Source of the DNA: Octopus vulgaris
Lineage: Eukaryota
Assembly: GCA_951406725.2 (NCBI GenBank)
Contig: OX597839.1
Location: 14,508,001 to 14,572,000 of the forward strand
Reading direction: 5' to 3'
Length of the DNA stretch: 64,000 nt
Shown here: positions 63,784 through 64,000 of the stretch, piece by piece
Layout of the letters: each line of letters opens with the position of its first letter
Position numbering within the stretch: position 1 is the stretch's first letter
Program-made: the position numbers and the translations under genes
Notes under the pieces: generated by a model
What the model saw: only the letters and a program-made list of their open reading frames with translations
What the model was told of the DNA's origin: nothing
The model's database searches: none

Positions 63784-64000
63784 CTTGTAAAAAAGAAAGA
63801 AGTATAGAATTTAGAGAATCAGCAAGGTAGTTATCAAAGAAGTAGAGGAACATTGCTAATGTTGTGTCTTGAAAGTTTTAGTAAAATTCTAATCTGGTAT
63901 CTTTGCCACAATAACCTTTGTAGATTTTTATATATTAATCCAGCTTGAGCTACTGGTTTTGCGTAACCCTGTTTTGTTATCCTTGTCTTTTCCAGTTATA

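Overview
AT-rich, microsatellite-dense metazoan genomic DNA; the SINE/LINE repertoire resembles Octopus (inferred, not verified). The whole window lies inside one large minus-strand gene, perlecan (HSPG2/trol/unc-52). I traced 23 GT-AG exons from 63783 down to 379. They total 3520 nt with consistent phases and no stops (about 1173 codons). They encode the last 7.5 Ig domains of domain IV and most of domain V (LG1-EGF-EGF-LG2-EGF-EGF); the N-terminus and LG3 lie outside the window. The introns contain an RPLP0 retro-pseudogene, a 5S-rRNA-headed SINE-like chimera, several tRNA-SINE families, RTE-, CRE- and Penelope-type remnants, two Helitron pieces, decayed hammerhead-ribozyme motifs and a perfect 305-bp palindrome. 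The most interesting region is a 20-kb intron splitting LG2. It holds candidate frame-preserving microexons, reminiscent of agrin LG splice inserts.
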